DNA from: Eledone cirrhosa
Lineage: Eukaryota
NCBI GenBank assembly: GCA_964016885.1
Contig: OZ024757.1
Location: 42,036,001-42,100,000 of the forward strand
Reading direction: 5' to 3'
Length of the DNA stretch: 64,000 nt
Position 1 is the first letter of the stretch. Each line of letters starts with the position of its first letter. Shown here in pieces: positions 1-15,140 of this stretch. A program made the translations under genes and the position numbers. Below the pieces are notes generated by a model that was not told the origin of the DNA, searched no databases, and worked only from the letters and a program-made list of their open reading frames with translations.

Positions 1-919
1 TGGTGGTGTGAGATAGTGTGGTGTGGTGTGGTGTAGGATAGTATAGTGTGGGATAGTGTGGTGTGGTGTAGTATGATGGTGCTGGTGTGGGATAGTGTGA
101 GATAGTGTGGTGTGGTGTAGGATAGAGTAGTGTGGGATAATGTGGTGTGGAGTGGTGTGGTAAGGTGTGGTGTGGTGTAGGATAGCGTAGTGTGGAGTGG
201 TATGGGATAGTGTGGTGTGGAGTGGTGTGGTGGTGATGTGGGATAGTGTGGTGTGGAGTGGTGTGGTGGTGATGTGGGATAGTGTGATGTGGAGTGGTGT
301 GGTGGTGGTGTGGGATAGTGTGGTGTGGAGTGGTATGGTGGTGGTGTGAGATAGTGAGGTGTGGTGTAGTGTGAGATAGTGTGAGATAGAGTGGTGTAGT
401 ATGGAGTGGTGTGGTTGAGATAGTGAGGTGTGGTGTAGTGTGAGATAGTGTGAGATAGAGTGGTGTAGTATGGAGTGGTGTGGTTGAGATAGTGTGGTGT
501 GGTGTAGTGTGAGATAGTGTGAGATAGAGTGGTGTAGTATGGAGTGGTGTGGTTGAGATAGTGTGGTGTGGAGTAGTATGGAGTGGTGTGGTTGAGATAG
601 TGAGGTGTGGTGTAGTGTGAGATAGTGTGAGATAGAGTGGTGTAGTATGGAGTGGTGTGGTTGAGATAGTGAGGTGTGGTGTAGTGTGAGATAGTGTGAG
701 ATAGAGTGGTGTAGTATGGAGTGGTGTGGTTGAGATAGTGTGGTGTGGAGTGGTGTGGTGGTGGTGTGAGATAGAGTGGTGTGGTGTAGTGTGAGATAGT
801 GTGAGATAGAGTGGTGTAGTATGGAGTGGTGTGGTTGAGATAGTGTGGTGTGGAGTGGTGTGGTGGTGGTGTGAGATAGTGAGGTGTGGAGTGGTGTGGT
901 TGAGATAGTGTGGTGTGGT
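1..919. repeat. GT-rich degenerate satellite (TGGTG/GATAG/GTAGT pentamer mosaic)
   Basis: Continuous array of 5-mer variants with longer repeated blocks; no coding signal. Confidence 0.9.
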
Positions 920-2683
920 AAAAATTAAAAACATTAACAAGACAATATGTAATTAATTTAGGTTTATCAATGAAGGGATTTGATTTTAAGCCAGTTTCTC
1001 ATGGAAATCAGTTCACAGTAGAATCACAATGAACTATATACCAAGGTCAGCTAGTTTTATTGCTGTTGTGGTGGTTGTTGTTGTTGTTGTTGTGGTTGTT
1101 GTTGTTGTTGTTGTGGTTGTTGTTGAGGATGAGAGCCAAAGTTGACCTTGGCAGTATTTGATGTCAGAGAATACAAAAATGTGAAAAATTCAAACTGAAA
1201 TTTGTATTGAAAGTTCATATAGGGAGTTGGCCAGTGAAGACTGAGTCTAGAACCTTTCAACTCTGCTGTTTAAAAAATATGTATGGAAAACCCCTGAATA
1301 AATTTAACCCTATGTTATGATAATATGTATGAAAAAAAAAAAAACCTTGAAAAACTCTTTGAATTTATGGTACAAAGTGTGCCAGCATAATTTTTACTTC
1401 TTCAAAAATGCGCCATGAGTAAAAAACACAAAATTTCGGAACCAGTGACCTAATACTTGGGTACATTTAGCAAAGTTCACCATTGTTTTGCAAGTGTTTT
1501 GGGATCCACAGATTTAAAACAAGTTGAAATACCTTGATTCTCCCACCTCTTTCTGTTCAAACCGGCTGTAACTGACCACTCATAGTGATGTTAAGGTATT
1601 GTTCTCAAAATAAATATTATCAAAATCTCATAGATTCGATATATTGAGATAATTATGTGAGGTAAAGCCTTTATCACAAAAATACAATAGTATATATAGG
1701 GTAATGTAAATGCTAAAGGGTTAAAAACTAAACTAAGAAAGATTTTTTTTAAACTACAAAAACAAAAAGAAAAAACCAGAAAATTGTAAATCGGGATTTT
1801 CTCATGAATCAGAAAGTTGAACATACAAAGAAGAAGGTTAACTGCTGAGAGAAGAGTATAAGATAGCCCTGCTTGGCAGTTTTTTAGTTGATTAATATAT
1901 ATAATGTACAGTTATGACATTGTTCTTTGGTAATGAAACATAATTAAATCTGACAAATGATATTAACTTGAAATGACAACTGGACGTATATATATTATAC
2001 ATACATATATATATATATATATTATACATGCATATATATATATATATTATACATGCATATATATATATATATATTATACATGCATATATATATATATATA
2101 TATAGGGAACAATTATCTATTGAATAGTAGGAGGAAGATATCACTAACAATATCAACCACTAACTATAATTACTACTACCACTACTACTACCACCACCAC
2201 CAGTACTACTACTACTACCACAACCACCACCACCACTACCACCACCACTACTACCACCAGTACTACTACTACTACTACCACCACCAGTACTACTACTACT
2301 ACCACCACCACCACTACTACCACTACCACTACTACTACCAGTACTACTACTACCACCACCACTACTATTACTACTACTACAACCAATAATAGTGGTGGTA
2401 GTAGTAGCAGGGAGGTGGAGGAGAAGTGATGAAGGGCAGAGGTTTTAATTGTTCAGTAAAGATGTCACCTTTCTATTTTTAAAGGAGTTATTGTTTACAA
2501 ATTATCACATGAGTGAGGACAATAAACTGTCATTAACACCACCACCACCACCACCACTACCATCATCACCACCCCCATCGCCACCACCACCATCACCACC
2601 ATCATCACTATTGTCATCACCATCATCATCATCACTACCACCATCATCATCATCACTACTACTACCACCACCACCACCACCAC

Positions 2684-2965
2684 TGTGAAATAAAGTGTCT
2701 TGCTCAAGGACACAGTGGACTGGAGCAATGTGAAATAAAGCGTCTTGCTCAAGGACACAGTGGACTGGAGCAATGTGAAATAAAGTGTCTTGCTCAAGGA
2801 CACAGTGGACTGGAGCATTGTGAAATAAAGTGTCTTGCTCAAGGACACAGTGGACTGGAGCAATGTGAAATAAAGTGTCTTGTTCCATAACTGCAACGTA
2901 CCACCAGGAATCAAACTCATGACCTTATAATCATGAGTGAAATACCCTAACCAGCAAGCCACACA
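2684..2965 (-). mobile_element. tRNA-derived CORE-like SINE with internal 45-bp tandem amplification
   Basis: About 4.4 copies of tgtgaaataaagtgtcttgctcaaggacacagtggactggagcaa, followed by a reverse-strand tRNA-like head. Same family as 28727-28870. Confidence 0.7.
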
Positions 2966-4872
2966 CCGTCAAAATCAATCTACCATGTTAGATCTTTAAA
3001 TGTCAATGACGTCTTTTACACTAAATGACACAAACCATATCACAGATATTCTATATTCCGACTGTTATTACATAATATTCTACTAAATAACATGTAAGAT
3101 ATCTAGAGTGTGTGGGGTGTGTGTAAATGTGTGTGTAAGTGTTGTGAGTGTGTAGGTGTATGTGTGTGTGCAGGTGTGTGTGTGTGCAGATGTGTGTTGT
3201 GCGTTTGTGCGTACATGTGTAAGTGTGCACGTGTGCGCGAGTTTTGTGTGTGTGCAGGTGTGTGCATATGTGTGCATGTGATTGCACGTGTGTGTGTACA
3301 TATGCATGTGTGTGTATGTTTGTGCACATATGTGTGTGTGAGCACATGTGTGCACATGTGTGTGTGTGTGCACGTGTATGTATGTGTGTGTGTGCACGTG
3401 TATGTATGTGTGTGTGCACATGTGTTTGTGAGTACGTGTGTGTGTGTGTGTTTATCTTATTTTATTTTTGTTATTATATTTGCTACAATAAAACTGTTTC
3501 CCCCGTCCCAATCAATATCCACCATATTGAGACAGCCGCCATATTTGTTACATCTTACAAAGTAAAAGAAAAATATGACAACATTTTGATTTTCATCCAA
3601 ATCAGGAAGAAATATTCCCGCTGTGGAACCATCAGTGATTGGCCTACACTCAAATTATTTCCACTATCGCAGTTACCATACTTTGTAAATATAGTTTTAG
3701 ACAAATTTGTATTTTTATATATTTCCCTCCTCTCGTCTTTTAATCATTCTTCCATTTCTGTTGCTTCCAAAGAATCAATAAGACACTAATGTACAAATGT
3801 TACTCTTTTACACATTTTACCAATGTCAAACGTTCACCCATAGATATTTATGGCAGCAGTATTTAAGATAAGAGTTAAGATGGAAGGTTTTATGACAGTC
3901 TCTCTCCGGTTCTTGGTTCAACTTTGTTTTACTTCTTCTATGTTTGAAGCTCTTATGGAGATGCATGAATATCACAACATCCCTTCTTCAATGTTGAAAG
4001 TTTTTATGGAGAGGCTTGAACATCACAACATCCCTTCTTCTTCTTCTTCAATACTGAAAGTTCTTAGGAACAGGCATGAACTTCACAACATCTCTTATAC
4101 TACTACTTCTTCTTCAATGCTGAAAGTTCTTAGGGAGAGACATGAACATCACAACATCCCTTCTTCTTTATATGGCTATGGCTATGTTGATGTATTTAGG
4201 GAGGGTCATTAATATTGCCAGAAATAGTAAAACACACTCACTGTTTGGTTTGAGTTGGTTTTCACTTCAGTATATTTTATATTTCTACAATTGAGAACTG
4301 AAACTGGATGTATTTATATAGAATAGAGTGGAGTATCTTGTCTAAGGTTTAACATTATTTAACATTACCTGACTGTGTGGATGCTTGTTTTTTTTGTTGC
4401 CTTTTTTTTGGGGGGGGGGGGGTTCTTTGTTACCAGAAATATCAAACTAGAAGAGTGAAATGTACCTGTCTGAACAAAAAAAAACATTTTTTTAATAATA
4501 ATGACCAGTTTTATCCAGTTTCCACCAAAGAGAAGTGGGGTGAGATGAGAGAGATGGGTGGGTATTGAAGTTCCCCTACCTTTTCCCCTAACTCACCTCA
4601 TGCTGCCAATATATTTCATAACCCAGTCCTTTTGTATGTCAGATTAGGTTTAATATTGTACTGTTTATTGGCACCAAAGCAGTAATGGTTAGCACTCTGG
4701 AAATGCAAGTTCCTCATTAGTCTGCTTTGAATAGCATCACATGATATTTTCTAACTTAGTCATTATCATGTTTGCAGACTCTATAGAATCGTTGCAATTC
4801 CGCCAATCACTCGTTGCTACAGATCACAAATCAACAGAAACTATAAACAACAAAAAACATTTTGTAAGAGAA

Positions 4873-4903
<31 letters not shown>

Positions 4904-5601
4904 TGGTGGATTGGCAGTATCAGTAGAGTGTCGGATACCATGCTTTGATGCATAGAGTTATGGCCCTTGCCATTCTGAGGTTAACTTTGCCTTTCATCCT
5001 TACAGGGGGTCGATAAAATAAAGTACCAGTAATACACTGGAGTAATTTCTGTCCTTGTGCCAAAAGTAGAAACAACTATTATTATAGTTGTTGTTGAAGA
5101 TGATTTTATTATTGATATTATTATCATCATCACCACCACCCCACCACCCACCCAACAGCCACCACCATAATCATCATCATCATCTCAAGTTTAACCATAC
5201 TTTAATGTCAATATTAGGGTGTGTGTGTGTGTGTTTGCAAGAGATAATGTGTGACTATGTATGTGCATGTGTATGTGTTTGTCTGTGTGTGACTATGTAT
5301 GTATGTCTATATGTGTATGTGCCAGTGTGTCTCTGTATGTATGGCTATATGTGTGCCAGTGTGTCTCTGTATGTATGTCTAAATGTGTGTGTGTCAGTGT
5401 GTCTATGTCTATATGTGTACATGCAGCCCCATCACACCCCTCCAAATAGATCTAACAGATGCCATCTTTGGCAACAGTTACACATACAACATTACACAAC
5501 ATTATTTATAGATTTGTGGTTCCTCTATTTAGTTCTTTTCTGTATATATAGTTCAGATCATTTTCGATGAGTAAGAAGACTGTTATAGTTGAAACCATCC
5601 T

Positions 5602-5720
5602 TGTCCTAGTCTATCTCGTCCTAGTCTATCTCGTCCTAGTCTATCTCGTCCTAGTCTATCTCGTCCTAGTCTATCTCGTCCTAGTCTATCTCGTCCTAGT
5701 CTATCTTGTCCTAGTCTATC
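5602..5720. repeat. 15-bp minisatellite (cctagtctatctcgt)
   Basis: About 8 near-perfect tandem copies. Confidence 0.9.
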
Positions 5721-6407
5721 GTCTATAACTTGTGCATGTGTTCAGCCTAATGACAGATATACCATATATCCAGTTATCATCCTTATTCCAAAGTTATTCC
5801 TAAGCTACAGCACCATTGTCCTTCATCAAGGTCTTACCTTAACCTTTTTGATACAAAACTACCAGAAATAACTCAGTAGTTTATGATACGAAACTACCAG
5901 AAACCACTCAGTATTTTATGATACGAAACTGCTCAGTTTAAAATGTTTCTTTTTTTCTACAATTCAACACATTTCAACTCCCTTCACTTTCTAAAGATTA
6001 TTTACAAAATGTTGACACATTGAAAAGCTAATTTATCCCTTTAGCATTTAAACCAGCCAGTAATTGTATAGTGTACAACATTATTCAAGACCTGAGTGTA
6101 ATTGGTTTGCTCTTGCTGAAAATGCTTCCAAATATAATATAAGAGAGAATATATATATATCATCATCATCATTTAACGTCTATCTTCCATGCTAGCATGG
6201 GTTAGACAGGTTTGCACCATTTAGAGACAAGTTGGGTCGGATGACTGTGTCTCACTCATATAGGACTATTTCTGGGTGGTTTTCTATGGCTCAATGCCCT
6301 TCCTAGCGCCAACCACATTTACATTGTGTGCTGGGTGCTTTTTACCATGTCTTTTACACGACCACTTTACAGAGTGGGCTGGATGTTTTGTAGTACCAAC
6401 GTAACAT

Positions 6408-6466
<59 letters not shown>

Positions 6467-7272
6467 TGATAATGATACATGTGTGCCAACATCATCATTA
6501 TTATTTTACGTCGGTAGAGGGTCAGACGCCATGCTTTCTAGCATAGTTATGTCCCTTTATGATCTGAGTTCAAATCCCGCCAAGGTTAACTTTGCCTTTC
6601 ATCCTTACGGGGTCGATAAAATAAAGTACCAGTAATGTACTGGGTAATTGCTGGCCTTGTGCCAAAAAGTAGAAACAATTATTTTACGTCCGCTTTTTCC
6701 CTGCTTGCAAGGGTGGGACGGGAACTGATTCTGGCTTGATTTCTACAGCTGGATGCCCTTCCTAACACCAACCTCATTTACAGTGAGTGCTGGGAGCTTT
6801 TTTCCATGGCACCTCCACGACCACTTTGCAGTGGAATGATAAGGATCCCAGTCCCTATCTCATTTCTACAGCTGAGTAAACTGGAGCAATGTGAAATAAA
6901 GTGTCTTGCTCAAAGAAACAACACATCACCCAGTCTGAGAATTGAACTCACAACCTTTCAATTGCAACTCCAATGCTCTAACCACTAAGCCATATATCTC
7001 CATATATATATTTTTTTTATCATAAAACCATAAAATAAAACTAAAAAAAAGTGAAGGGGTGGTGTTGATTACAGTCTAACATGGGATAGGTTTTAAGAAA
7101 GTAATAAAATGAAATGAAATCCTCCATTGAGATTATCTGACTTACAATAAGCTGTTACTGAGATAATCAAATATTACATAGAACAACACAAACTACTATT
7201 GAAATGGTTTAAAGTGCATTTTGAGAGCAACAACTTATGTAGTGGTGATGGTGGTGGTGGTGGTGGTGGTGT

Positions 7273-7721
7273 TTAACTCTTTACCATTTACATTGCTCTA
7301 TATTTACTATCATATTTTCACAGTAAAGGCTTTCCCTAATATAATTATCTCACATAATAACGAATCTATGATATTTAGATGTTATTTATTTTGAGAACAA
7401 TACTTTAACATAAGTATGAGCAGACAGTTACAACCAGTTTGAACAGAAAGAAGTGAGAGAATTCTGGCCAGTTACAACCGGTTTGAACAGAAAGAAGTGA
7501 GAGAATTCTGGCCAGTTACAGCCGGTTTGAACAGAAAGAAGTGAGAGAATTCTGGCTAGTTACAACCAGTTTGAACAGAAAGAAGTGAGAGAATTCTGGC
7601 CAGTTACAACCAGTTTGAACAGAAAGAAGTGAGAGAATTCTGGCCAGTTACAACCAGTTTGAACAGAAAGAAGTGAGAGAATTCTGGCCAGTTACAGCCG
7701 TTTTAAATGCTAAAGGGTTAA
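7273..7721. mobile_element. TTAA-flanked (piggyBac-like) MITE with internal 44-bp x ~6 array
   Basis: Ends ttaa-ctctttaccattta ... taaatgctaaaggg-ttaa; internal tandem unit ccagttacaaccagtttgaacagaaagaagtgagagaattctgg. Confidence 0.65.
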
Positions 7722-9299
7722 ATAACATCGGACCACCTTCCAAAAATCTTTACATCAAGCAACTTGTTGAAGAAAACAGAAAGTGTGCTAAAGTATATAA
7801 AATGGTGAGCATATTTCTTCAACAGGGCCAGGACTGTTTCTCCTTTAGATCATAAGTTTGGATACAATTCCCAATACCACCTCACAAGGTCATGTTACCT
7901 TTCTATACACACACACACACTATATGGACACACCACACACACGCTACACACTACACACACACTATATGGACACACCACACACACGCTACACACTACACAC
8001 ACACTATATGGACACACCACACACACGCTACACACTACACACACACTATATGAACATACCACACACACACACTACACACCACACACACTATATGGACACA
8101 CCACACACACACACACACTATATGGACACACCACACACACACTACGCACCACACACCCTACACACTACACACACACACCACACTACACACACACACTACA
8201 CACTACACACACACTACAGAGAGAGGTTAAAACTATTAATATGTATTGAGTGCTCATATAAAATTGGTCTCTGTTGCAGTTAGAAATTTCAATGTGTGTG
8301 TGTGTGTATATATGTGTGTGTGTGTACATGTGTGTGTATGTGTGTTTGTGTAGATGTGTAGATGTGTATGTGTGTACATGTGTGTGTACATATGTGCAAG
8401 CATGTGTGTGCATCTATGCATGTGTGCACGTATGCATGTATGAACATGTGTGTGTATGTGTATCTGTATGTATGCATGTGTGTGTGTGTGTGTGTTCTGA
8501 TGAATCAGAGTCCACCCCACCACCAGCCCCGTTGGTCACCTGTTGACCAGTAAGTACACTGACCACTCAGTTGGTCATTCAGTGGTTCTCTCAGTTCCTC
8601 AGGTGAGCTGCACTGAGTCACCGACCACAGACGCAGTATAGACTTTACCTGGCTTAGTGCACTCGTCTCTTAATTGGTACTGCCAGCCTGGTGTAATTTG
8701 CAGTTGTAGAATTTTTGTAGAGGGGGGGGGATATGGGGGGGGTTAGTGATGATGGGGGCGTAGTGGGGGGTATGGGGGGGGTAGTGATGATGGGGGCGTA
8801 GTGGGGGGGGGGGGATTCTGCCAAAGGAATGAGGCAGAAGGAATACTGTTTAAACTCTGGAAGGCAAAATTGACTTTGATGGGATTTGAACTCACAAAGT
8901 AAAAGGTTGTAACTAGATGCCCCAAAACACTTGGTCCGATGCTCTACTGATTCTGCCAATCCCCTTGTCCTACATCGGTGTATGACAGTTGATTACTATT
9001 CTGAGCACAAGACCTGTAATTTGTGGAGAAATGAAAGTTATTATATCAATCCCAGTAGTCACTCAAGTATGTTACCTCCACTCATGTGAGACACTCAATG
9101 GAGAAGTACTACTCCAATATATGGGATGCTGCTACTGCTGCTACTAGACACACTGACAGACATCCCAGCATGCAATGCAGGGTCCTGTAACTCCTGATGG
9201 AGTTGTAGGAGCACCTTATTGACATTCAGTTTTTCTAGGGCATTTTTTAAACCTGGCGAAACCCATCTCCTCTCCATATCTGAATGCAACAGATTCCTT

Positions 9300-9336
<37 letters not shown>

Positions 9337-10234
9337 GTGCGAAAAAGGTATAGAGGAAGAATAGACCCCAGTACTTGACTGGTACTTTTTTATTGACCTC
9401 GAAAGGATGAAAGGCAAAGTTGACCTCGGCAGGATTTGAACTCAGAGAGAAGAGAGCCAAACTGAATACCGCAAATCATTCTATCCAACGTTCTAACAAT
9501 TCTGCTGAAAATCTTGATCACATTGGAGGGTCTTTGCCAGGTCCTTGACAATAACGTCGTTCCTCCAGATAAATCCCACCAAAAAAAGAAAAAAATTATC
9601 ATCTAAAATAACCTTTGAAGGTGGTGCCCTAGTATGGCCACAGTCCAATGAATAAAAAAAAAAGGGGGGTAAGAACAAACAAACAAAATTTTTTAAAAGA
9701 ACAGAAAGTAAAAAAAAGCTTAAATAAAAACCTTAAAAAAAAATTGATAAACTTCAAATACACATTCTTAGATATTTCACCTTGACCTAATTTTGGTATT
9801 GTAGTTGTTATTGGTGGTGGTGTTGTTGGTGGTGTTATTGGTGTTATTGGCATTGTAGTTATTGGTGTTGTTATTGTTGTTATTGGTGGTGTTATTGTTG
9901 TTATTGGTGTTGTTATTGTTGTTATTGGTGTTGTTATTGTTGTTATTGGTGGTGTTATTGTTGTTATTGGTGGTGTTATTGTTGTTATTGGTGGTGTTAT
10001 TGTTGTTATTGGTGTTGTTGTTATTGTTGTTGTTGTCATCGTTGAATATTTGTCTTGTTCAACAAAAAAGTCCCCCATTCACTCAGCCAGTTCTTCTACT
10101 CACTGACTGTCATTTAAATTATGGAAGGCATTTCCTAATTCTTAACTGAAACACATTAGTCAAAGAGTACATGATCACATTTGGGTCACAACACTGACTC
10201 TCTCTCTATATATATATATATATGTGTGTGTGTA

Positions 10235-10305
<71 letters not shown>

Positions 10306-10322
10306 GTGTATATATATATATG

Positions 10323-10370
<48 letters not shown>

Positions 10371-10412
10371 TATATACATATATATATATGTGTGTGTGTA
10401 TATATATATATG

Positions 10413-10446
<34 letters not shown>

Positions 10447-10480
10447 CATATATATGTGTGTGTATATATATATATATATG

Positions 10481-10547
<67 letters not shown>

Positions 10548-10841
10548 GTCTCTCTCTCTTTCTCTCTCACTCACACAGATCTATCTATCTATCTGTCTCT
10601 CTCTCCCTCACACACACAGATCTCGATCTCTCTCACACTCACACACATACATACACAATCTCCCTCTCTCTTACACACACTCTCCTATAGATCTCTCTCT
10701 CTCTCTCCAATACTTACTATCCATTACATATAAACTCAGCAAGCTGAACCAAGATAAATGGCTAATGTAATAATTATCAGCTTAAGTTGTCTTGCTAAGC
10801 TATTTGCTTCATGTTCACCTACCGTAGCCAATAATCAGCAG

Positions 10842-10877
<36 letters not shown>

Positions 10878-12681
10878 TTTATATATATATATATATATGT
10901 GTGTATGTATCTCAATATATAAATATATATTGAGAGAGAGAGATTATTGAGGTAACTAAAGTGTGATAGGATATTTAAAATTAGGTAAGTTGTAGACGAC
11001 ATGACAAGTGACATATATTTCTACATATGTACTAGAGTCAGTACACAAACAGAGAGGTAAGGGGACTCCTTTTGTGAGACCCCTTCCTGGGCTCTGCCAG
11101 GCTTAAAATGCCCAAGAGACGCTGCATATCAACACAGCACCCCTACGACTCTATCAGGAGTCATCATATCATCATCATCACCGCTTTTCCCTGCTTGCAA
11201 GGGTGGGACGGGAACTGATTCTGGCTTGATTTCTACAGCTGGATGCCCTTCCTAACACCAACCTCATTTACAGTGAGTGCTTTTTTTTTTTCCGTGGTGC
11301 CTACACGTCCAGTTTACAGTGTGGGCTGGGTGCTTTTTTGCCGTGGCAGCTCCACAACCACTTTGCAGTGGAATGATATGGACCCCAGTCCTATCATCTC
11401 ATTTTTACAGCTGAGTAAACTGGAGCAATGCGAAATAAAGTGTCTTGCTCAAGGAAACAACACATCACCCGGTCTGAAAATTGAACTCACAACCTTTGGA
11501 TTGCAAGGCCAATGCTCTAACCACTAAGCCATGTGCCTCCATATATATATATATTTGAAAAAAAGGAAAAGAATGACTTCACTTGTAGTTCTAAACAATT
11601 TTATTTTATTTTATAATATTATATTATGAGTTGGTAGATCTAGTAAGTTCTTTGTTAACTTTGGTGGGAAGATTTTTAAAGATTCCTGGTTAACTTTCCT
11701 GGAGAACTTTCTCGCATTGTTTTCCTTTTTTTTCAAATATACCTAACTGTACCAAGGGTCTCACCAAGGATCTCTGTACCAAGGATCTCACACATTTTCC
11801 AATATATGTATAATATTGTATTTTTGTAGTAAAGGCTTCATCTTACATAATTATCTCACATAATATGAGGAGTTACGGGACATACCATACGGGACATACC
11901 ATACAGGACATACCATATGGGACATACCATACAGGACATACCATACCATACGAAATGGAGGAAAGGAGAAGCTAACCTCAGCAGGATTTGAACCCAGAGA
12001 ACAGAGAGATAAAGTCGGAAGAAATACTGCAAAGAATTCTATCCAATGTTGTAACAACTCTAGCAATTCTCCAGCTATGTTTTATACATATCCTGGCAGC
12101 CTAACAGTTCCACCATAAGAATAAATAACATTTATAATCTAAAGCTCCAAATGAAATTCCTATTTAGTCTGCTATAAATGTTACAACACAAAAATTAGTG
12201 AGATAATATCCAGCTGATTATCTCGAACATTTCCTGAAAAATGGTCAACGAGAGAAAGGAAAGAGGACAAAAGAGAAAGAAAGGATAACAACAGAATGAA
12301 AGAAAAATGATAAGATTTTTTTATGTCTGATTCCTGAAGGAAAACAGCAGAAGATATTGGTTCTTCCAATTGATATTAGTTGATATATTAATTGGTTAGA
12401 TATGAATTCCTGGTTGTGTGTGTGGTCTGTGTGTTGTGTGTGTGGTATGTGGAGTGTGTGTATATGTGTGTGTACAGAGAAGGAACCAACATCATCATGC
12501 TGCAATTGTATCATATATATGTGTGTGTGTGTGTGTATATATATATGTGTATGTGTGTATGATGATGATGATGATGATGATGTATGTATATGTGAGTCCC
12601 AGGTTCAATCGGGAGGTAACCACAGTAAGTAAGGTACTCAATACATTAGTAGAGGGTATACAACAGGTTTAATATATAATT

Positions 12682-12733
12682 GGCTTCTACAGGAGTAGAA
12701 CTGTTTCATTGGAAGGAAATCATCAGGAAAGCC
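12682..12733 (-). ncRNA. Hammerhead ribozyme motif, family B
   Basis: Minus strand reads GGCTTTC-CTGATGA-tttccttccaat-GAAA-CAG-ttctactc-CTG-TA-GAAGCC: core boxes, helix III CAG/CTG, GUA triplet, bulged helix I; helix II weak. Confidence 0.55.
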
Positions 12734-15092
12734 AGTTGGCTGGTTTGAACAGAAAGAGGTGAGATAATTCTGACTGGTGATGGCTGGTTTAACTGACTTG
12801 GGACTATACCACAACACAATAACAACATTCTGTTGTCCTATATATGGTTTGAACTTTTGACTTCTACAGGGAAGGGGGTTCATTAGTCTAGAATCTTTAT
12901 AACCAGTAGGGCAGTAGGCTATCATAACCCCTATTGTAGTGAATGGAAGAAAACAGACATTAATGAGGAGACCCAATTCTCAAACAATTATATCAATCAT
13001 CTAAGATCTAAGAGAAGGAATAAAATGGTCTTTTGTATCACAAAAATATGGGGGAAGAATAAAGAAGATAAAGAAGTTCTTTCATAAAATCCCCAGATTC
13101 TTCATTATTCCAGTTAATTAGCAAAATTATTTATTTATTATTTTTATATTTCTTTGCTTTGCTTTACTTTGGTTTAATTAATTAATTAATTAACCAACCA
13201 AAGAACCATCCTTTAGAAACAGGGAGATATTTTTTTTTTAAATCTCTTCCCCTTCCCCCACCTTCTCCCCCACCCCAGGGTGGTAGAGTGGGGGGAGGGG
13301 GTTATATTACTTAACACCATCTTGATGAGGTCATAGCCAGAAAGAAAAGAGAACCTTTTGGTGGTGGGGAGGGGGGCTTTTTCTTTTCAAGGAATGGTGA
13401 AGGAGTGGAGCAGAGCTAAGTACTAACAACACGGTGTTTTATATATTTATTTTATCTTATTTCATTTTATTTTTTCCTTGTTTGTTTGTTTATGAAAGAG
13501 TCCAATTGTTGGAAGTGAATGAAAAAGTGAAGTGGACAACTGATAGACATTGAAATGTTGATGTGAAGAGAGGGGAAAATACAGAACAGGAAATATATGG
13601 TATGTGGTGGTGTGGTGGTGTGGTGGTGGTGGTTGTGGTGTGGTGGTGGTAGTGAGGGGTAGCGGCGGTGTTGGTGATGATGGTGGTTGTAGTGGTCGTG
13701 GTGGTGGTGGTTGTAGTGGTCGTGGCGGTGGTGATGGTGTTGGTGGTGTGGTGGTTCTGGATGAAAGGCAAAGTTAACCTCGACGGGATTTGAACTCATA
13801 TCATAAAGGGCCGTAACTCTCTGCTGCAAAGCATGGTGTCAGAGCCTCTGACACGATACTGCCAATAATAATGATAAGTAAATAAATATAAATGATTTGT
13901 GAAAGAATGTAGAGATGTGTAAGGGTTAAATTGGTAAAAGAAGTGACAGTATCTGAAATACCATCTGGAGAGAAGCAGGAATACAATCTGGCTAAACCTA
14001 TATTGTTGTCATAGAAACATAGATGGTGGGGGGAGGGGTCGTGGTGGTGATGGTGGTGCTAGTGGTAGTGATGGTGGTGGTGGTAATGATAGTGGTGATA
14101 ATAACGATGATGATGATGATGATGGGGGTAGGGTGATATTGGTGGTGGTGATGATGATGATGATGATGGTGGTGGTGATGGTGATGATGAAGCCACTGCA
14201 GTCAATGGCAGCTGATATTGTTCAACACTCCCAGTGAAAGTTGCTCGATGAGATTTCATGATTCAAATGAATCAACCAATCAGAGTGTCTGATTCAAAAT
14301 GAATCAACCAATCAAATGTTTCTGCAGCAAGCCACCAGATCTGGGAATAAATAGGATGTGTAATGGATAAGATCTATGAGAAAAGACAAACGTATGTAGC
14401 TATATTGATCACATGATCAATAATTATAATTATTGAATTCTTTTATTCTTTTATTGTCTTAAGTCAATAGTCTGCAGGGCCGGAGCTGTACTGAGACACA
14501 GATTTAAAGGGATCTTATCTAATGAGCTGAGAGAAATTTGTTTTGTAATTTTCAGCAAACCCGGCTGTAAAATTGCTTGGCATGCAAATATGGTTTATCA
14601 GCTGATATACATTTGAGAATACTGTGTATTGTCAGCAGTGACGACAATACACAATCTTGATAAGGAACAAAACACTCCGAAACAATTGTCAGTTGCTTTC
14701 TCTCAGCTACAGCTGGAACAAAAGGATGAAGTTGTCATCTAGAAAACACATGTGGTGTTTTTGTGAGGATGTTTACTTGCAGACAAACCAAATATAAATA
14801 ATATGATATTATTATAACATTGTTATTCACTCAGGAGCACATTTAGGTATCCACCATGTTAAGAACGAAAACAAATTTTGTTTCATGTATCATCATCATC
14901 ATTTTACGTCTGCTTTTCCCTGCTTGTGTGTGTGTATGTGTGTGTGTATATACATATATATATATATACACATATATATAAATATATATATACACATATA
15001 TATAAATATATATATATATATACACATATATATAAATATATATATATACACATATATATAAATATATATATACACATATATATAAATATACA

Positions 15093-15140
<48 letters not shown>

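Noticed and set aside
1973-3789. Poly-His/Tyr/Val/Pro and CV-rich ORFs
   Set aside because: Tri- and dinucleotide microsatellites.
14610-14742. Coding-looking stretch LSAVTTIHNLDKEQ...VVI*
   Set aside because: Bounded by stops, no recognisable homology and no clear in-frame splice sites.
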